A stretch of 64,000 nt of DNA from Azolla caroliniana. Lineage: Eukaryota > Plantae > Polypodiophyta. The position numbers were made by a program, and so were the translations under genes. The notes under the pieces were generated by a model. That model did not search any database. It saw only the letters and a list, made by a program, of their open reading frames with translations, and had not been told where the DNA came from. Of the stretch, positions 21,643-36,415 are shown piece after piece (the first letter of the stretch is position 1; every line of letters starts with the position of its first letter). The DNA lies in assembly GCA_043228905.1 (NCBI GenBank), contig JBHGNT010000003.1, positions 3,906,001-3,970,000 on the forward strand, read 5' to 3'.

Positions 21643-24600
21643 ATGGCTACTGTTAGCGCCCAAGAATATCAATCCGTTTTCTCCGAGCTACAGTGCCTAA
21701 AAGAAAAGTTTGTTGCCCTGGAACAAGAAAACCAATGGTTGATAGGGGATCTGCAACAAATCGCTCTAGAAAAACAATAAACGCAACAACAACATGGGGA
21801 GTTAGCGTTACGGGTACAACAACTTGAAGCAGCGTTGCAACAACAAGGATCAAGTCCCCAAGGATTTCATAAAGAGCCCAAGATTGGACTTCCTGTGAAA
21901 TTTGATGGAACACGATCACAATTCCGGGGATTCCTTAATCAGGTACGCTTAGTTATCCAGATGCATCCTTCCCGATATCCCACTGATGCATCTCGAGTCG
22001 GCCTAATAGGCACGTTACTTAGCGGCTCAGCCTTGGCATGGTTCGCTCCGCTTCTAGAAAAACAATCGCCCTTGCTTAATAACTTTGAAGATTTTATTGG
22101 TGAGTTTAAAGCCTGCTTTGGAGATACCGATAGCATCAGGACGACGATCAACAAGATCCAAAGATTGCGTCAAGGCGATCGTCCAGCCTCTGCCTACGCG
22201 GTAGATTTCCGTCTACTCGCCTCAGATATCCCCTGGGATGATCAGGCCCTCATGGAGCAGTTTCGCTACGGCTTGCGCAACGATGTCAAAGACTTGCTTT
22301 TAACCTTCCCCGAAAAACCAAAGTCTCTTACGGAGGCAATCAGTCGAGCGGTCCGATGCGACAACCGCCTTTTTGAACGGCATTCGGAACGTCAGTTACA
22401 AATACCACGCTCTCGGCCGGAACCCACATACGCCTCAGTCATAGCTAAACCGTTTGCACGCGATGTACCTCAAGCCAATATTCCGACACCGATGGAGATC
22501 GACACCATGCGTCGACGCGGCCCGTTATCGGAAGAAGAAAAGCAACGACGACGTGCCAATTGATTATGTCTTTATTGCGGTGGACCAGGGCATATCGCCA
22601 TCAATTGTCCCCATAGGCCAAGAAGACAGGTAAATCAAATCGTCGCCTGTACTAAACCCGAGTCCATTCTTCCCTTCGGAGTGTCTGATAGTATTAATAG
22701 TACTAATAGAGTGTAAGATAGTATTCATAGTACTAATAGCCCAAGTATCTCAAACAAATTTGAAATCCTTAGTCAATTAGATGAAGAGTCAATTTGAGTC
22801 CAGCCAAAATAGGAGCCGTTTGGTTGGACAACAGCCCTAGATCTATACAGCACATTAGTGGTTCCATTCCTTCCAAGCAAGTTAGCAATGTGTTCCTAGC
22901 CCAAGTCATTATTAGTACTAAAAGTACTCCCCCAGTACCCGTCCTAGCCCTTTTAGATTCCGGAGCTAATTCCTGTTTCATGGATCGAAATTTTGCCCAA
23001 GCTTCTCAGATATCCTTAAGAAAACTTCCTTGTCCCGCATCTGTAGTAGTCATTGATGGTCGTCCCATTGCTTCCGGGAATATTGTAGAAGAATCAGAAC
23101 CCATTCAAGTTGTCCTAGGTAGTTTTGTGTGTGTAATATCATTTAATATAATTAGTAGTCCAGAGCATCCCATTGTCCTAGGATTACCTTGGTTTGAATT
23201 ACATAATCCAGCCATAGATTGGAGAACAAGAGAAGTCTGATATCGACCACCCTAAGAATCTACTCATCGAGTTTCGACCATTTCACTCCATCAATTACGC
23301 GAAGAAGGACACAAGGAGGCAATGTTCCTATTTGCAATATCAGTACATCCTTCCAGCACTATTAAGGACTCCTCAGTACAACTTTCGGCAAAATATCATC
23401 CTTATGCCGATGTATTTGACAAGGTAAAAGCCGGTACCCTTCCTCATCACCGTCCCTATGATTGTCCCATCGATTTACAACCAGGAACCGAGCCACCATG
23501 GGGATCAATTTACAACTTGTCACCCACCGAGTTAGAAGTCCTTCGAGCCTACATAGAGGAGAACTTGGTAAGCGGGTTCATTCGTCATTCGAAATCTCCG
23601 GCCGGTGCACCCATCTTCTTTGTCAAGAAGAAAGATGGCTCATTTCATCTCGTCGTTGATTACCGCGGATTGAATAAGGTCACCATCCGGAATAGGTATG
23701 CACTTCCTCTTATATCAAGTCTTTTAGAGTGAGTTAATGGTGCCAAGTTTTTTACCAAAATCGATCTACGCGGAGCGTATAACCTCGTGCGGATACGACC
23801 AGGAGATGAATGGAAGACCGCCTTTCGCACGCGGTATGGGCATTTCGAGTATACTGTTATGCTGTTTGGCCTAACCAATGCACCCGCAGTCTTCCAACAC
23901 ACGGAAAATGATATATTCAGAGACCTCTTGGATATCTGTTTGATCATCTATCTGGATGATCTATTGATTTATTCGAAGACCCAGGAAGAGCACGATTCTC
24001 ATGTACTATTAGTACTAAAGTGACTCCGCGAGAATGGTCTTTATGCCAAGCTAGAAAAATGTAGCTTTGACTGCAAGCAACTGGAATTTCTCGGCTACGT
24101 CATCTCCTCAAAGGGCATCGCCATGGATCCAGCTAAAGTCCAAACTGTACTAGGGTGGCAAATTCCACAGTTTCGACTTCAAAATCACATATCGACCGGG
24201 GAAGCAGCAAGGAAAAGCAGATGCACTATCACGACGTTCATATCTTGCACCTCGTCCTGGTGATCTAACATTTGATAATCAAAAGCAAGTAATCTTGGGA
24301 CCAACACGATTGCACACGACCCGGATTTTTCACACCCCGATGGATTCACGGATTATCGATCACATACGTGCAAACTTGAAGACGGATAGTTTTGCTCAAG
24401 ACATCCTGACGCACATTGATACTTCTCGGGCATCCTGTTCTCACTCTCAACAACCAGGTATTGATTACTGACAATTCGAATATCATGATGGTTTGTTATT
24501 CTTTAAAAAGCGCGTATATGTCCCCGATTGCTCCTGTCGCCTTCAAATCATCCAGCATTGTCACGACACCCATACGACAGGACATTTCTGTAGTACTAAG

Positions 24601-25850
24601 ACGTTGGAGCTAGTACAACGATCTTTTTGGTGGCCCCACATGCGCCGTTTTGTCGACGACTACGTTCGGACCTGTGATGCTTGCTGCCAAGCAAAGATGC
24701 CACGACACCATCCATATGGCTTGTTGGAACCCTTACCGATTCCAAGTAAGCCGTGGCAGTCTATTTGTCTTGATTTTATCACAGATCTGCCGGTCTCGAA
24801 GGGGTTTGATGCTATCTTAACCGTCATCGATCGATATACGAAGATGACACATTTTGTGCTGTGTACTAAGGCCATCACTAGCGAGGAAACCGCCGCCCTT
24901 GTCATGCGTGAGGTATTTCGGCATCATGGCCTCCCCGACAATATCATCAGTGACTGAGGACCGCAATTTGTCTCCAAATTTTGGCAACATCTCTTCAAGA
25001 TGCTCAAGGTCTCTTGCAACCTCTCCTCCGGCTACCATCCTCAGACCGATGGGCAGGCGGAACGAACAAATCAAATGCTGGAGCAATATCTCCGGTGTTT
25101 CCTGAGTTATCAACAGGACGATTGGGCCGAGATTCTCCACTTTGCGGAGTTTGCGTATAATAATGCTATTCACTCCTCGACTCGGGTCTCCCCATTTTTC
25201 GCTTATACCGGTTTCCATCCTCGCTAGTCGTTGATCGACACCCCGGAGCTACCTACCAACCCTCGTGATGAGGATCATTTGGAGAGGCTACGCAAGATCC
25301 AGATGGATCTCTCTACTCACCTTCGTCATGCTCAACACACACAGAAGACATATGCGGATCGTCATCGGATTCCCTCTTTTGCCATCGGACTCGATCGAGT
25401 ATGGCTCTTACGTCGTCACATCAAGACTACTCGACCGTGCGACAAGTTGGATTATCGACGACTCGGTCCTTTCCGTATTACGGGTAAGGTTAATGATGTC
25501 ACATTCCGCCTTGATCTCCCTCCGCAACTTCAGATACATCCAGTTTTCCATTGTTCTATTCTTGAACCTTATAAAGCAAACACCATTCCCAATCGTGTGA
25601 CACCACCGCCACCCCCGGTGGAGTTGGACGCCGGCCCAGAGTATGAAGTTGTTGCCATCCTCGATTCCAAACTTGTTCGCAACAAACTTTATTATTTGGT
25701 CGATTGGCTCGGTTATAGTCCGAGCGAACGTACTTGAGAACCCGTCAAGCATGTTGCCAATGCTCAGGATCTTCTTGCTGATTTCCACCGAAAGTATCCG
25801 GCAAACCCGGTCCGCAATCAGTGCCGACTCGTTCCACTCGTCGTCTTTAA
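21643..25850 (+). pseudogene. Chromovirus gag-pol with multiple stops and an internal deletion
   Basis: KFDGTRSQFRGF gag, CCHC knuckle, protease, RT, integrase, chromodomain. Many in-frame stops. Confidence 0.93.
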
Positions 25851-26313
25851 GGGGGAGATAGTGTCATGATATGGCAAAACTCGAACCCATGACCTTATGC
25901 TACATGGGCCGAGCTCTTACCATTAGACTATGAATTGTAATTTGTAGGATATTATTTTCATTTATACTTTATCATAGAAAATTGATGTATATTCCAGATC
26001 TCTCTGGAACATTCTAGAAGCTTCAGGATTATTCCTAAAAACACTATAAAAGGAGGCACAAGACATTGTTTTGAACCAAATTGGTTCAACGCCAGTCTTA
26101 AGCCTCTTAGCCACTTTGTACTTATCTTTTCACATAATATATTAGCTACTGTCATCATCTTTCTCTCTCTCTCATTCTCGCTATATCTCTCTCTCTCCTC
26201 TTCTCACTTCCTCTCTCGGGAATCTTACGCAGTCCCGTCCGCTTAGTACTAATAGTACTGCTCTTCTTTAGTACTAATTCCATCTCTGCTTTAGTACTAT
26301 TCCTGACAATTGT

Positions 26314-26475
26314 TGCCGTTGCCGTCACCGCAATCGTTGCCGCTATCGCTGTCATTGCTCTCGTCGCCGTCATTGTCGCCGTCATCGCTGCCGTTGCCGT
26401 AATTGTCATCACCGCCGCCATTGCCACTACCGCTGCAATCATTTCCACCTCCACGAGTGCCGCCGCCGCAATCCG
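26314..26475. repeat. GC-rich trinucleotide low-complexity tract (GCC/GTC/GTT)
   Basis: Degenerate triplet run immediately after the chromovirus TSD. Confidence 0.7.
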
Positions 26476-26950
26476 CTAGAATATGAGATTTCAAAATTTG
26501 GAGGGCAGAATGCAGAATTTCAAAAACACAAGGGCCAAAAATAAAATTTCAAAAAAATTTGAGGGTAAAAAATTTCAAAGACCAAAGGGTAAAAAATATA
26601 AAACTCACTTCACATGATAAAAGAAAGAATACACAAAGGCACAACACGATTTCACGACCCATGCCACATTGTACTAGCCGATTGGTGTATGATCCAATCG
26701 CAACTTGTGCTGACCGAACGAGAAGGTTTGAGTCAAGCAAAGCTCCGATCGAAGTGATCGATCGTAGAGCAGTGATCCGGTCGAGGGATTTTCGACCATT
26801 GAGACGACCGATGGAGTTCTGGTTGAGAAGAATTGCCATGGCGAGTGGGTTCATCGTGCAATGCACTATCCCATAGGTGTGCCATGTGTTACCCGTAAGA
26901 ATATACAGGGAGGCATAAGGGTATGTGTAATGATGTGGTTGGTGTGTATG

Positions 26951-27748
26951 TGTGAATACCAGGATCACTTTCAGAGGAATGATGGATTGAGGGCTTTTGG
27001 AGGCGAGGAACTTGAGCCAGTACCTGAAGCTTGCTTCGAAGTCCCCGACTCTTTTCTCTGAACCTCTATCGCTACTTTGGCTGGTCATGGGGCTCCAAAC
27101 GAACATGAACATGGATGGAACATGATAAGAGCTTGTTGCTATGTCAGGGAACATGCAGTTGTGGAATGCATGGAACTCTTGCTGGCCTGCCATGTCCCAC
27201 AACGACACTCGAATTCCCTTGTTTTTGATGGCTTGCACCTCGATTCCTCGTGGTCAATTCATGTTTTACCTGCGAATGGATCTCCGCAGATGAACAATCG
27301 GATGAACATGAAATTGCGCTGGTTCCTCCACAGCTATGCCTCGATGGCAGGGTCCTTCCTATAAAGACCTTTAATCTCAAAGAAAGGAAGGCCGGACCGA
27401 GAGAGTTCATCCACTACTGCAACAGTAGCAGATCGGCTTAAATCACCTCTAATGTTGCGTAATTGAAGGCGGTATAATTGAGGAGGTGAGGAAGGGGCGT
27501 TGCCAACTGTCTCCGCCCCCTTCTTTGGCGGTGCTAGGTGTTCCATGAAATCCATTAGCTCCTCCTCTGTCGTTCCCGGTGAATTGTATAAAGAGAGCTC
27601 TTTGAGATGTGGCCAGTGCCGCAGGAAACCAGTGCTTCTTCTCCAGTCAATGGGTACGCCATTTATATGCAGTATGTGGAGAGAGGCTGCGAGGGGTGAA
27701 TGTGAGGGATGAAGGTCTGCCAATTTCACCACAAGATACTCTCACACT
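26951..27748 (-). pseudogene. TRN1-like ROCO paralog C fragment (late LRR to mid ROC), very similar to copy D
   Basis: LADLHPSHSPLAASLHILHINGVPIDWRRST... with a stop at 27334. Deletions remove LGSDLKRVPAT and the intron acceptor plus the start of exon 2. WDMAGQQEFH is retained. Confidence 0.9.
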
Positions 27749-27789
27749 TATATTTGTAAAACTAAGCTCAATAATATTAACATGCATAT

Positions 27790-30700
27790 TATGGAAATAT
27801 TTAATCTAAATATAATATTTATTTATTATTACGAAAAGTTATTTCTATTATTATACTTTAGAGAAAACTCTTCATTTGAAGAGACATAACTTTTTGTTCA
27901 TCGTCTCTACAAAGAAGCCATTTGGGCTAATGTAACACACACAATTAATATAGAACAATTTTGTGTATGTGTGATCTCTCTCTAAATCTCTATTTGTATA
28001 GTTGCCGATTTCTACATGGTATCAGATTTATAGATTTCCGCATCTATCAAATAAGACTAGAGAATCCTAGGAGCATTGATCGATTTGTCATCAAGACGAG
28101 CGCTAAGCCGGATAGCCGTCTTCTATAAAAATGGCACAATCCTCATCTCCCGCCAACATTCTCAACACACATAAACTTTCATTAGTAAAGTTATCAAAGC
28201 AAAATTATCGCATTTGGAGTGCTCGACTCGAATTATTATTTCAACACTACAAACTTTGGAATGTAGTGTTAGGATCATCACTAAAACCTGATACCCCCGG
28301 ACCCGATCAAGTTATTTGGGAAGAGAAAGATCTTGTAGCAAAAATGGAATTATTAGCACATATATCAGATGTTCAAGGAGAAGCGGTCAGAAAGCTACAA
28401 ACTTCGCATCAAATTTGGGAGAAATTAAAGACACAATATGAACCACAAACGGATGCAGCACAAGTGCACACACTACGTGCATATGTCACATTTACAATGA
28501 AAGAAGAAGATGATGTAGATAATGTTCTAACCACATGGGAAAAGAAACTGGATGATACAATTACATCTGGCTTGGACATTTCCGACAAACTACAAAGATG
28601 TTTATTACTAGGTGCTTTACCCTCTTCATGGTCATCTTTTGTGACTACACAAAATTTAAATAAAAAAGCTACCGTGGAAGATCTCATGGGAGACATAAGG
28701 CAAGAAGACTCGATGAGAAAGACAAGAGAAGAAAACACATCAACACAAGCAATCGCTATGGCAGCCTATCGACCTCATTTCAAATCACAACCAAGATACA
28801 AGAGTTTCAAGAGTCAATGGACTAATGCACCGATGACGAAAGGAGGAATGAAGTTCACTAGGTCTTATTGCAACATTTGCAAAAGGCCAGGCCACACACC
28901 ACAAGAATGTAAGGCAAAACAAAAGATTCGGAGATTTCCAAGCAATATTCGCCGACCACAAGCGCACATTGTCGAGGAATTTGAGGAAGAGAGAAATGAA
29001 GAAGAAGAAGAAGAAGAAGAAGAAGAAGAAGAAGAAAAGGTTTATGCCGCCTCGATGGAAGAAAAGAATGAATATGAAGAAGAAGGTTACAGTGACTTGA
29101 TGCAAGCTTTCGTAGCTGAAGCACTTGTCGTAGACATACCAACAAAGAAGGACGACAAATGGTATCTCGACACCGGAGCAACAAATCATCTTACACATCG
29201 ATCGGATTGGCTTCAAAGGTACACACCCCTACAAAATCCAATAACTGTTAGATTTGGAAATAATGGAGTAAAACAAGCATTAGGCAAAGGCCAACTTACA
29301 TTTCATCTCCCCGGAGGAGGAAACTTCATGATCAATGATGTGTACCACGTACCTGGTATCACCAAGAACCTTCTCTCGATAAGTCAAGCAACTTCGAATG
29401 GAACCATCATCGAGTTCCATCATAACCAAGCCGTGATTCGTCACCTTCTACCAAATGGCCTCACAATACGAACTTCTTGCAAAAGACAAGGAGGGTTATA
29501 TCCCATTAGTGTACATCCAACAACCCAATCAACAATCGAAGTTCACACAACCGAAATCGAAAGACAACAAGAACTCACTCTACTTTGGCATTACCGACTT
29601 GGACATCCACACCTTGCTGTTATGCGAACACTCCAAACTCACAAGCTCGCTCAAGGAGTCCCAAAGGATATGTTTTGCAAAATCGACTTATGTGAGGCAT
29701 GCTTGTTCGGCAAAATGGCATCATCAAAGTTTCCTACAAGTAACTCACGAAGAAGTCGACCTCTTGAACTCGTCCATAGTGACATATGCGGTCCATTCCC
29801 AACTCAATCACTTTTAAAATCAAAATATTTCATTAGTTTCATCGATGATTATACAAGGTTTACAATACTAACATTTCTCAAAAGCAAAGACCAAGCGTTC
29901 ATTGCTTTTACAAATTACAAATCACTAACAGAAAAGCAACTAAATCTACAATTGAAATGTCTACAATCTGACGGGGGAGGAGAATATACATCTAACAAGT
30001 TTACAAAATTTTGTAAAGACCATGGAATTTTACAACGAATTTCTGTTCCTTCAACACCACAACAAAATGGTCTAGCCGAACGCAAGAATCGAACACTCCT
30101 TAATTCGGCCCGGAGCATGTTGAATCTAGCGTCACTTTCACCCTCATTTTGGGAAGAAGCCGTCGCAACATCATGCTATCTCCAAAATCGCAACTATCAT
30201 CGAACACTTGGGTTAATCACACCATACGAGTTATGGTTTGGAGTAAAACCAAATATGCAAGATCTCAAAATTTTTGGTTGCCTTGCATACGCCTTCGTCC
30301 CTGCTGAAAAACGATCCAAGTTAGAACAATGAGCAAGAAAAGCGATCTTTGTTGGGTACGGAGATGCAAACGGCTACAAGGCTTACCGTTTATTCGATCC
30401 AAGCAAGAACACGTTCTTTTATAGTCGTACCGTCAAATTTGATGAGTCACCATTTCTTGAATCCACGACACCAACGCATAACCCTAAAATTAATACTCGT
30501 GAAGGAGCCGAACAGTCAAAAGATGATGCCGCCACTGTTCGCCGCCCTGCAAACACCGCCGTCGCCGCCACCACCGCCGCCGCCACGTTTTGTCGCCCAA
30601 ACAGCAGTGTTGCTGATGATAATTGCTGCCCTCCAAACAGCGCCGCCGCCACCGATGCCATCGACATCTCCTGCCAAAAGGACATGGCGGTTGCAGACTA

Positions 30701-33613
30701 TCGCCGCCTCCCAAACAGCACCGCCACCGTCGCCTCCTTCCGCCAAGAAAACATCTCTGGTTCTGACGACCGCCGCCTCCCAACCAACACTACCGCCGCC
30801 GCCTCCCGCCAACAAAACATCTTTATTGCTGCCGACCGCCGCCTCCAAAACAGCACCGCCGTCGATGCCGCCCTTTGCCACCAACACAACAGTGATGATG
30901 ATAATTGCCGCCCTTCAAAGAGAATACCCACTGGCCATCGAGCGAAGAATGTTGATGCCGCTACTATCGCCGCCAACAATCGATCAAGAAAAGCCGCCAA
31001 TATCAACGTTGCCTCTCACTTTGATGAAGTCCTCGATGCTGTCGATCGTTATGTGGTAATCCCTCGCCCTCTTATTCACGTTGATCAGCCACTACCTCCA
31101 CCGCTTGCACCTCCTCCAATCTCTCCTTCACATCGACCCCTTGCATCTCCTCCCATCTCCTCTCCTCCAAGAACTCCTCCCGTTCGACTCCGTCTACATA
31201 AAAAGCCAATATTTAAATTTAAAGTTAATAAAAATAAAAGTAAAATAAAAAATGCATCTTTAAATGTAACCAACCAATATAAAAGAAATACCCAACCTAA
31301 ACAAACTAACTATATTAACCCACATCTTGATAGTGTTTTCACACCATCTAACTCTACACATTATGATGACCTCACAAACACATCCTCTACATCAACCTTA
31401 TCTTCACCACGCTTACATACATCTACCACTTTACCAATCTCTTTATCTAATTTCTCGAATTCTATTCAAAATACTCTTGAAAGCCCTCAAACCTCTCAAA
31501 TCATTCCGCCATTTCATCTTCACTCACCCGACATCACTAGTGATGTTTCAATTAACTCACAATCACAATCCTCGCAAGACTATCCAAACTCATATGATAA
31601 CGACTCACCACCTCGTCGTACGCGCTCCTTGTCCGATATCTATAAGGAACTTGACCAATTCGAGGCACACTTTGTGAACCTCGATATGGACGCTCTCATA
31701 GTTGAAGAAGAACCAGATACCGCAAATGAATTAATTATTACCGTTCGCGAAGCGTTGTCTGGTACCGATGACCCTAAATGGAGAGCAGCCATGGAAGAAG
31801 AGATGACAGCCTTATTAAAGAACAAAACTTGGAGCCTTGTCGATCCACCACCTGATCGACAAATTGTTAGTTGTAAGTGGGTTCTTCGGAAGAAGACCGA
31901 TGCTACTGGAAATATTATACGTTTCAAAGCTCGTCTCGTAGCTCATGGTTTTTCGCAAATACCTGGAATCGACTTCAAAGATACATTTAGCCCTACATTG
32001 CGAAGTATCACATTTCGCATATTCGTCTCTCTCGCCGTCGAACTTGATTTGGAACTTCATCACTTAGATGTTCAAACCGCTTTCCTTCATGGAGAACTCG
32101 AAGAAGAGATCTATATGCAACAACCACCACATTTTGAAGATTCAACTCAACCAAATGCTGTATGTCGCCTACATCGATCCTTATACGGTCTACGACAATC
32201 TCCACGAGTTTGGTATCATCGACTTCATAATTTTCTAACTAAGAATGGATATAAACGACTAAAGAATGAACCAAATGTATATATTAAAAGAGCTAAGAAT
32301 AATTTCATCATAATCGGTGTTTATGTCGATGACTTACCTCTACTTGCCAACTCACTCGCGTATCTACAACTTGCGAAGAAGGAACTTCAACAAGCTTTTC
32401 CAATAACTGACCTTGGTCCAATGAAGTATTTCCTTGGAATGAACCTACAAAGAGATCGTGCCAAAGGAACCATTTCTCTTTCCCAAACTCAATACATTGA
32501 AAGTGTATTAAAACGTTTTGACATGCTACATTGCAAGCCTATCTCGACACCCATGTCAACTCCATGCAAATTATCAATCGAAGATGCTCCTCGAACTATC
32601 AAAGAGCGAGATGAGATGCTCAATGTTCCTTACAAGCAAATTCTTGGATGTATACGCTACCTTGTTAGTTGTACACGTCCCGATTTATGTTTCACCGCTG
32701 GAATTCTTTCGAGATTTATGCAGGATCCCGGACCGAAACATTGGCAAGCATTAAAACGACTACTACGTTATCTAAAACGAACGAAAGATATGGTGTTAAC
32801 TTACTCCAGATCGCAATCCGAGTCCATCAACATGAACCTTGAAGGATGGACCAATCCATCACAATTATCTGGATGGACGGACTCGGATTGGGGGGGGGAT
32901 GTTGATGGTCGTAAGTCAACAAGTGGCTTCGTATATTGTCTCGCCGGAGCCGCTATAGCATGGAGGTCTAAGAAGCAAACAACGGTTGCATTATCTTCAA
33001 CGGAAGCCGAATATGTAGCTGCCGCACTCGCTGCTAAAGAAGGAATATGGATTCATTCCATACTTGAAGAACTTAACTTGTTTAAAACCTCAAAGCTAAT
33101 CCTTCATTGTGATAATCAATCATGTATCAAGTTAGCTTGTAATCCAAAAATGAGTGATAATATTCGACATGTCTCTTTCAAGCATCACTTTCTACGAGAC
33201 TTAATCGAAGAGAAGAAGCTAGATTTGAAGTATGCGTCCACAACACTAATGTGGGCCGATTTTCTAACAAAGCCAGTACCTCAAACAAAGCATATCGCTT
33301 GTTGCCGAAAGATTGGTCTAACAATGCCAAACTATTCGTCGAACGACAATACTTTTGAATAAAATAATATTTAGCTTAAGGGGGGGTATGGAAATATTTA
33401 ATCTAAATATAATATTTATTTATTATTACGAAAAGTTATTTCTATTATTATACTTTAGAGAAAACTCTTCATTTGAAGAGACATAACTTTTTGTTCATCG
33501 TCTCTACAAAGAAGCCATTTGGGCTAATGAAACACACACAATTAATATAGAACAATTTTGTGTATGTGTGATCTCTATCTAAATCTCTATTTGTATAGTT
33601 GCCGATTTCTACA
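27790..33613 (+). mobile_element. Ty1/Copia LTR retrotransposon, young and nearly intact
   Basis: 227-bp LTRs at 27790-28016 and 33387-33613 (2 differences seen), TSD CATAT, PBS TGGTATCAGA at 28017, PPT AAGGGGGGG. The LTRs begin with TA, not TG. Confidence 0.95.
28131..33362 (+). pseudogene. Copia gag-pol polyprotein with a single in-frame TGA (30330-30332)
   Basis: ORFs 28131-30332 and 30684-33362 are in one frame and the gap between them is open. CNICKRPGHTPQEC knuckle, WYLDTGATNH, integrase, YVDD RT and RNase H are all present. Confidence 0.93.
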
Positions 33614-36415
33614 CATATATTGTTGTATTAGGCCCTTTAAAGTATACATGTATATATAAGTTAAGGAGAAAATTAATGTAAAAGTTAAGGCTCATTTTTG
33701 CCCCTCTACCAAATTTGCCATCTTGAGTTTGTGTGCTGTAAATCTCTATGTCGTCTCATTGTGCCTTTGAGTGTTTTATTACTCTATGGTGGTGTAGATC
33801 TTTAGTTCATAGTTCAATGTCCCCACCTTCAACAAAGGTTCTTTTCACGCTCTAACATAGAGATATATTTTCCCAAATCTAATGTCCAAAACATCTCTTG
33901 ATTAGAGAAGGACTTCCTTGGCCTCTTCTACTTGATCATTTGTAATCTTGAACCTCTTGGTGATGTAGTCCAGGTCCAAGAGCATTAAACTATAGAGAAG
34001 ATAAAGAACTGCAATTCGAACTTTTGAAGCCATTTGCAAATACTAGGAAATGAAGTGAAAATCAGATTAATGTTGTGGTGTACTGGTATAAATCCTTGAA
34101 CTCTGATTGTTCGGATTAATGTCATGTTATAATAATATAAATTCTTTGTAATGTTAATCGTTTATGATGTAAATCCCCTGCAAGAGAGGCATAATGGTCC
34201 CACAATGCGATGCAGACAATCTTCTCCTTCCATCCCACATCTTTCCTTCTTCTAATGGCACTTGGTTTTTATTGCCATTTGGCTTGACATTACGTATTTC
34301 TTTATCTACTAAAACACTTGGTAGAATATTTTACTAGATAAAGAAATATAATCCGTCTTCATCTTCCCCATTTCTAGCAATGATAAATTATTCAGTAGAG
34401 TGTCTGACGATGGGGTATAGATTGGATCGTACTTCAATCCTTGATTATTGCCCTAAAAGTATAGTATGTTCCCAATAATGAAGATTCTAGAGAAAAGAGA
34501 ATCATTACTGGGCAAATCTGTTAGGAAGTTTTTGCTGTTTCTGCATATAGATGATACCCTATTTGTCTTGTTTACTTATGTCCTATTTCTATGATTTTCC
34601 AGGAATTTGAAGCTTTCATTGTTGATTCATAGACATTTAAAAAAGACCCCCACACACACAAGCAATGGACGAGGAACTCAATATATGTAGCCATGGATCA
34701 AGGATGGGAAGAGAAAAAATTTACTTCTCCGGATAGTAATAGCAGACACCAATGATTCGTCTTCTGTGTTCTCCAATTCTACCAACTACTTTGTGCCTTC
34801 ATATCTAAAACATTTGGAATTCGATCATTTCTAAAGTATCGATCAAGCCTCATATTCGACCATTCACTCAGCTAATGCAAGATGTATTATTCAACCATCT
34901 CGATTCTTCAAGTAAATATAATATGTATCTACATAATCTTGAGGACGGTCTTATCCAAGAATCTCATCTAAATGATGGTTTGAATGTTTACACTTGGGTC
35001 TCAAAGCTTCCATTACGAATTTGTGGCAGAAATTATACTCTTTTGTCGAATAGGAAAGACAGATGTGGATGGTATTGTATGGCTTCTTAAAAAAGGGTTT
35101 CACAAATTTGATACAGAAACAAGATGGGTGATGATCAAGTAGCTGATTCTCTGATTGCTGCATGCCAAATTAAATTCATGGAGGCAAAAGGTGAGCTCAA
35201 GTCACAGACACTGTATGGATTGAAGGTTTTAGGTGAAGAGTTCTTCTTTCGTAGGATAGATTGCAAGGAAGATTATTAAGAAGAGATTCTTGCAAACAAG
35301 AAACCATCCAATGATCTCATTGTGTGTCAATATCCAAAATGCCAAGGGCTCCACATATCGAAACTTGATGATAGGAGGCTACCTCTCTATGTCTTCCACA
35401 AAGTAAGATAGCATATGCTCTCTATCTCCATATCAGGATGAGTGAGAAAGTGAGTACATTATGATTAAATCAAAAAGAAATTATGGTTCTTTTCATAGTA
35501 AATTAAGTACCGAAACAAAGGTGTAAACCATTAAAATTGCTTTTAATGATGACAACATACAAATGAATCACAGGTTAAGAATGCCCAAGTAATATACACA
35601 AGTGATCTTTTGGCTCAAATGTGACCTGGTATACAAGACTCTTGAATTGAAATTGCTTAACCACTGTATACAACTGTGATTGTTTGCTTCCAAATGCAAG
35701 TGTACACAAGTTTTCAGTTTCACAAACCATTTAACTGATTAAGTACCTCAATCTTCGTCCCCTATCTAATATTAGTTTTAGTTCAAATTTTCACAAGAAC
35801 AAAGATGGATTATGATTGTAAGTCCCACCAATTTTCAATTTTCAAATTGGTTATTATCCTCTGTCATATCTTTGCTTTCTCATAATTATCGCAAGTATTA
35901 CCTGCCTTTTCTAATCGGCATTGTCAGAAATACACCAATCAGGCTACGTAGCTCTATGAAGTTTGATCTCTTGCTTGTTAACTAGATTGCCCTAACGTAA
36001 CAACGCACTTTTATGTTTTCCTGAATAATAGTGAAGCATAGCTTTGACCATATACTGGCATCAGATGACATGATGGTGTATGCATAATGTGGTCTTACAA
36101 TTGGTAATGATTCTTGACATTGCTTTTCGTAAGTAGATTACAAAGAGAAATTTGTAGTTGGAAACAGTTAATCGTAAATATATCTATATCTATATATATA
36201 TATATATAGGAAGTAGGAGGAGATGAAAATAGGAAGAAAGAGTTGAAGGCTTTGAAAGCTTTCATCCTTGCTCTCATTGTAAACTGTAACCCATTGTAAC
36301 TACGAAGATTCATGCCATGGCTGATTGGGTCATGTATGTCTTTTAATCTTCATGAGCATGTACCACCATGTTGCCATCAATGTATTCTAGAAGCCTCTTG
36401 GGCCATATTACCACA

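Larger units (their letters stand above)
16545..26308 (+). mobile_element. Ty3/Gypsy chromovirus (Tcn1-like), degenerate, 5' LTR interrupted
   Basis: TSD ATTGT. 3' LTR at 25862-26308 (447 bp); 5' LTR split into 16545-16919 and 21493-21571. PPT AAGGGGGAGATAG. gag, PR (ALLDSGA), RT (YLDD), INT and chromodomain (EYEVVAILDS..YLVDWLGY) are present; most of RNase H is deleted near 24170. Confidence 0.95.

Noticed and set aside
26549-26950. Hydrophobic C-terminal tail fused to the ROC fragment
   Set aside because: Read-through into unrelated flanking DNA after homology ends. The upstream gene part is disabled.
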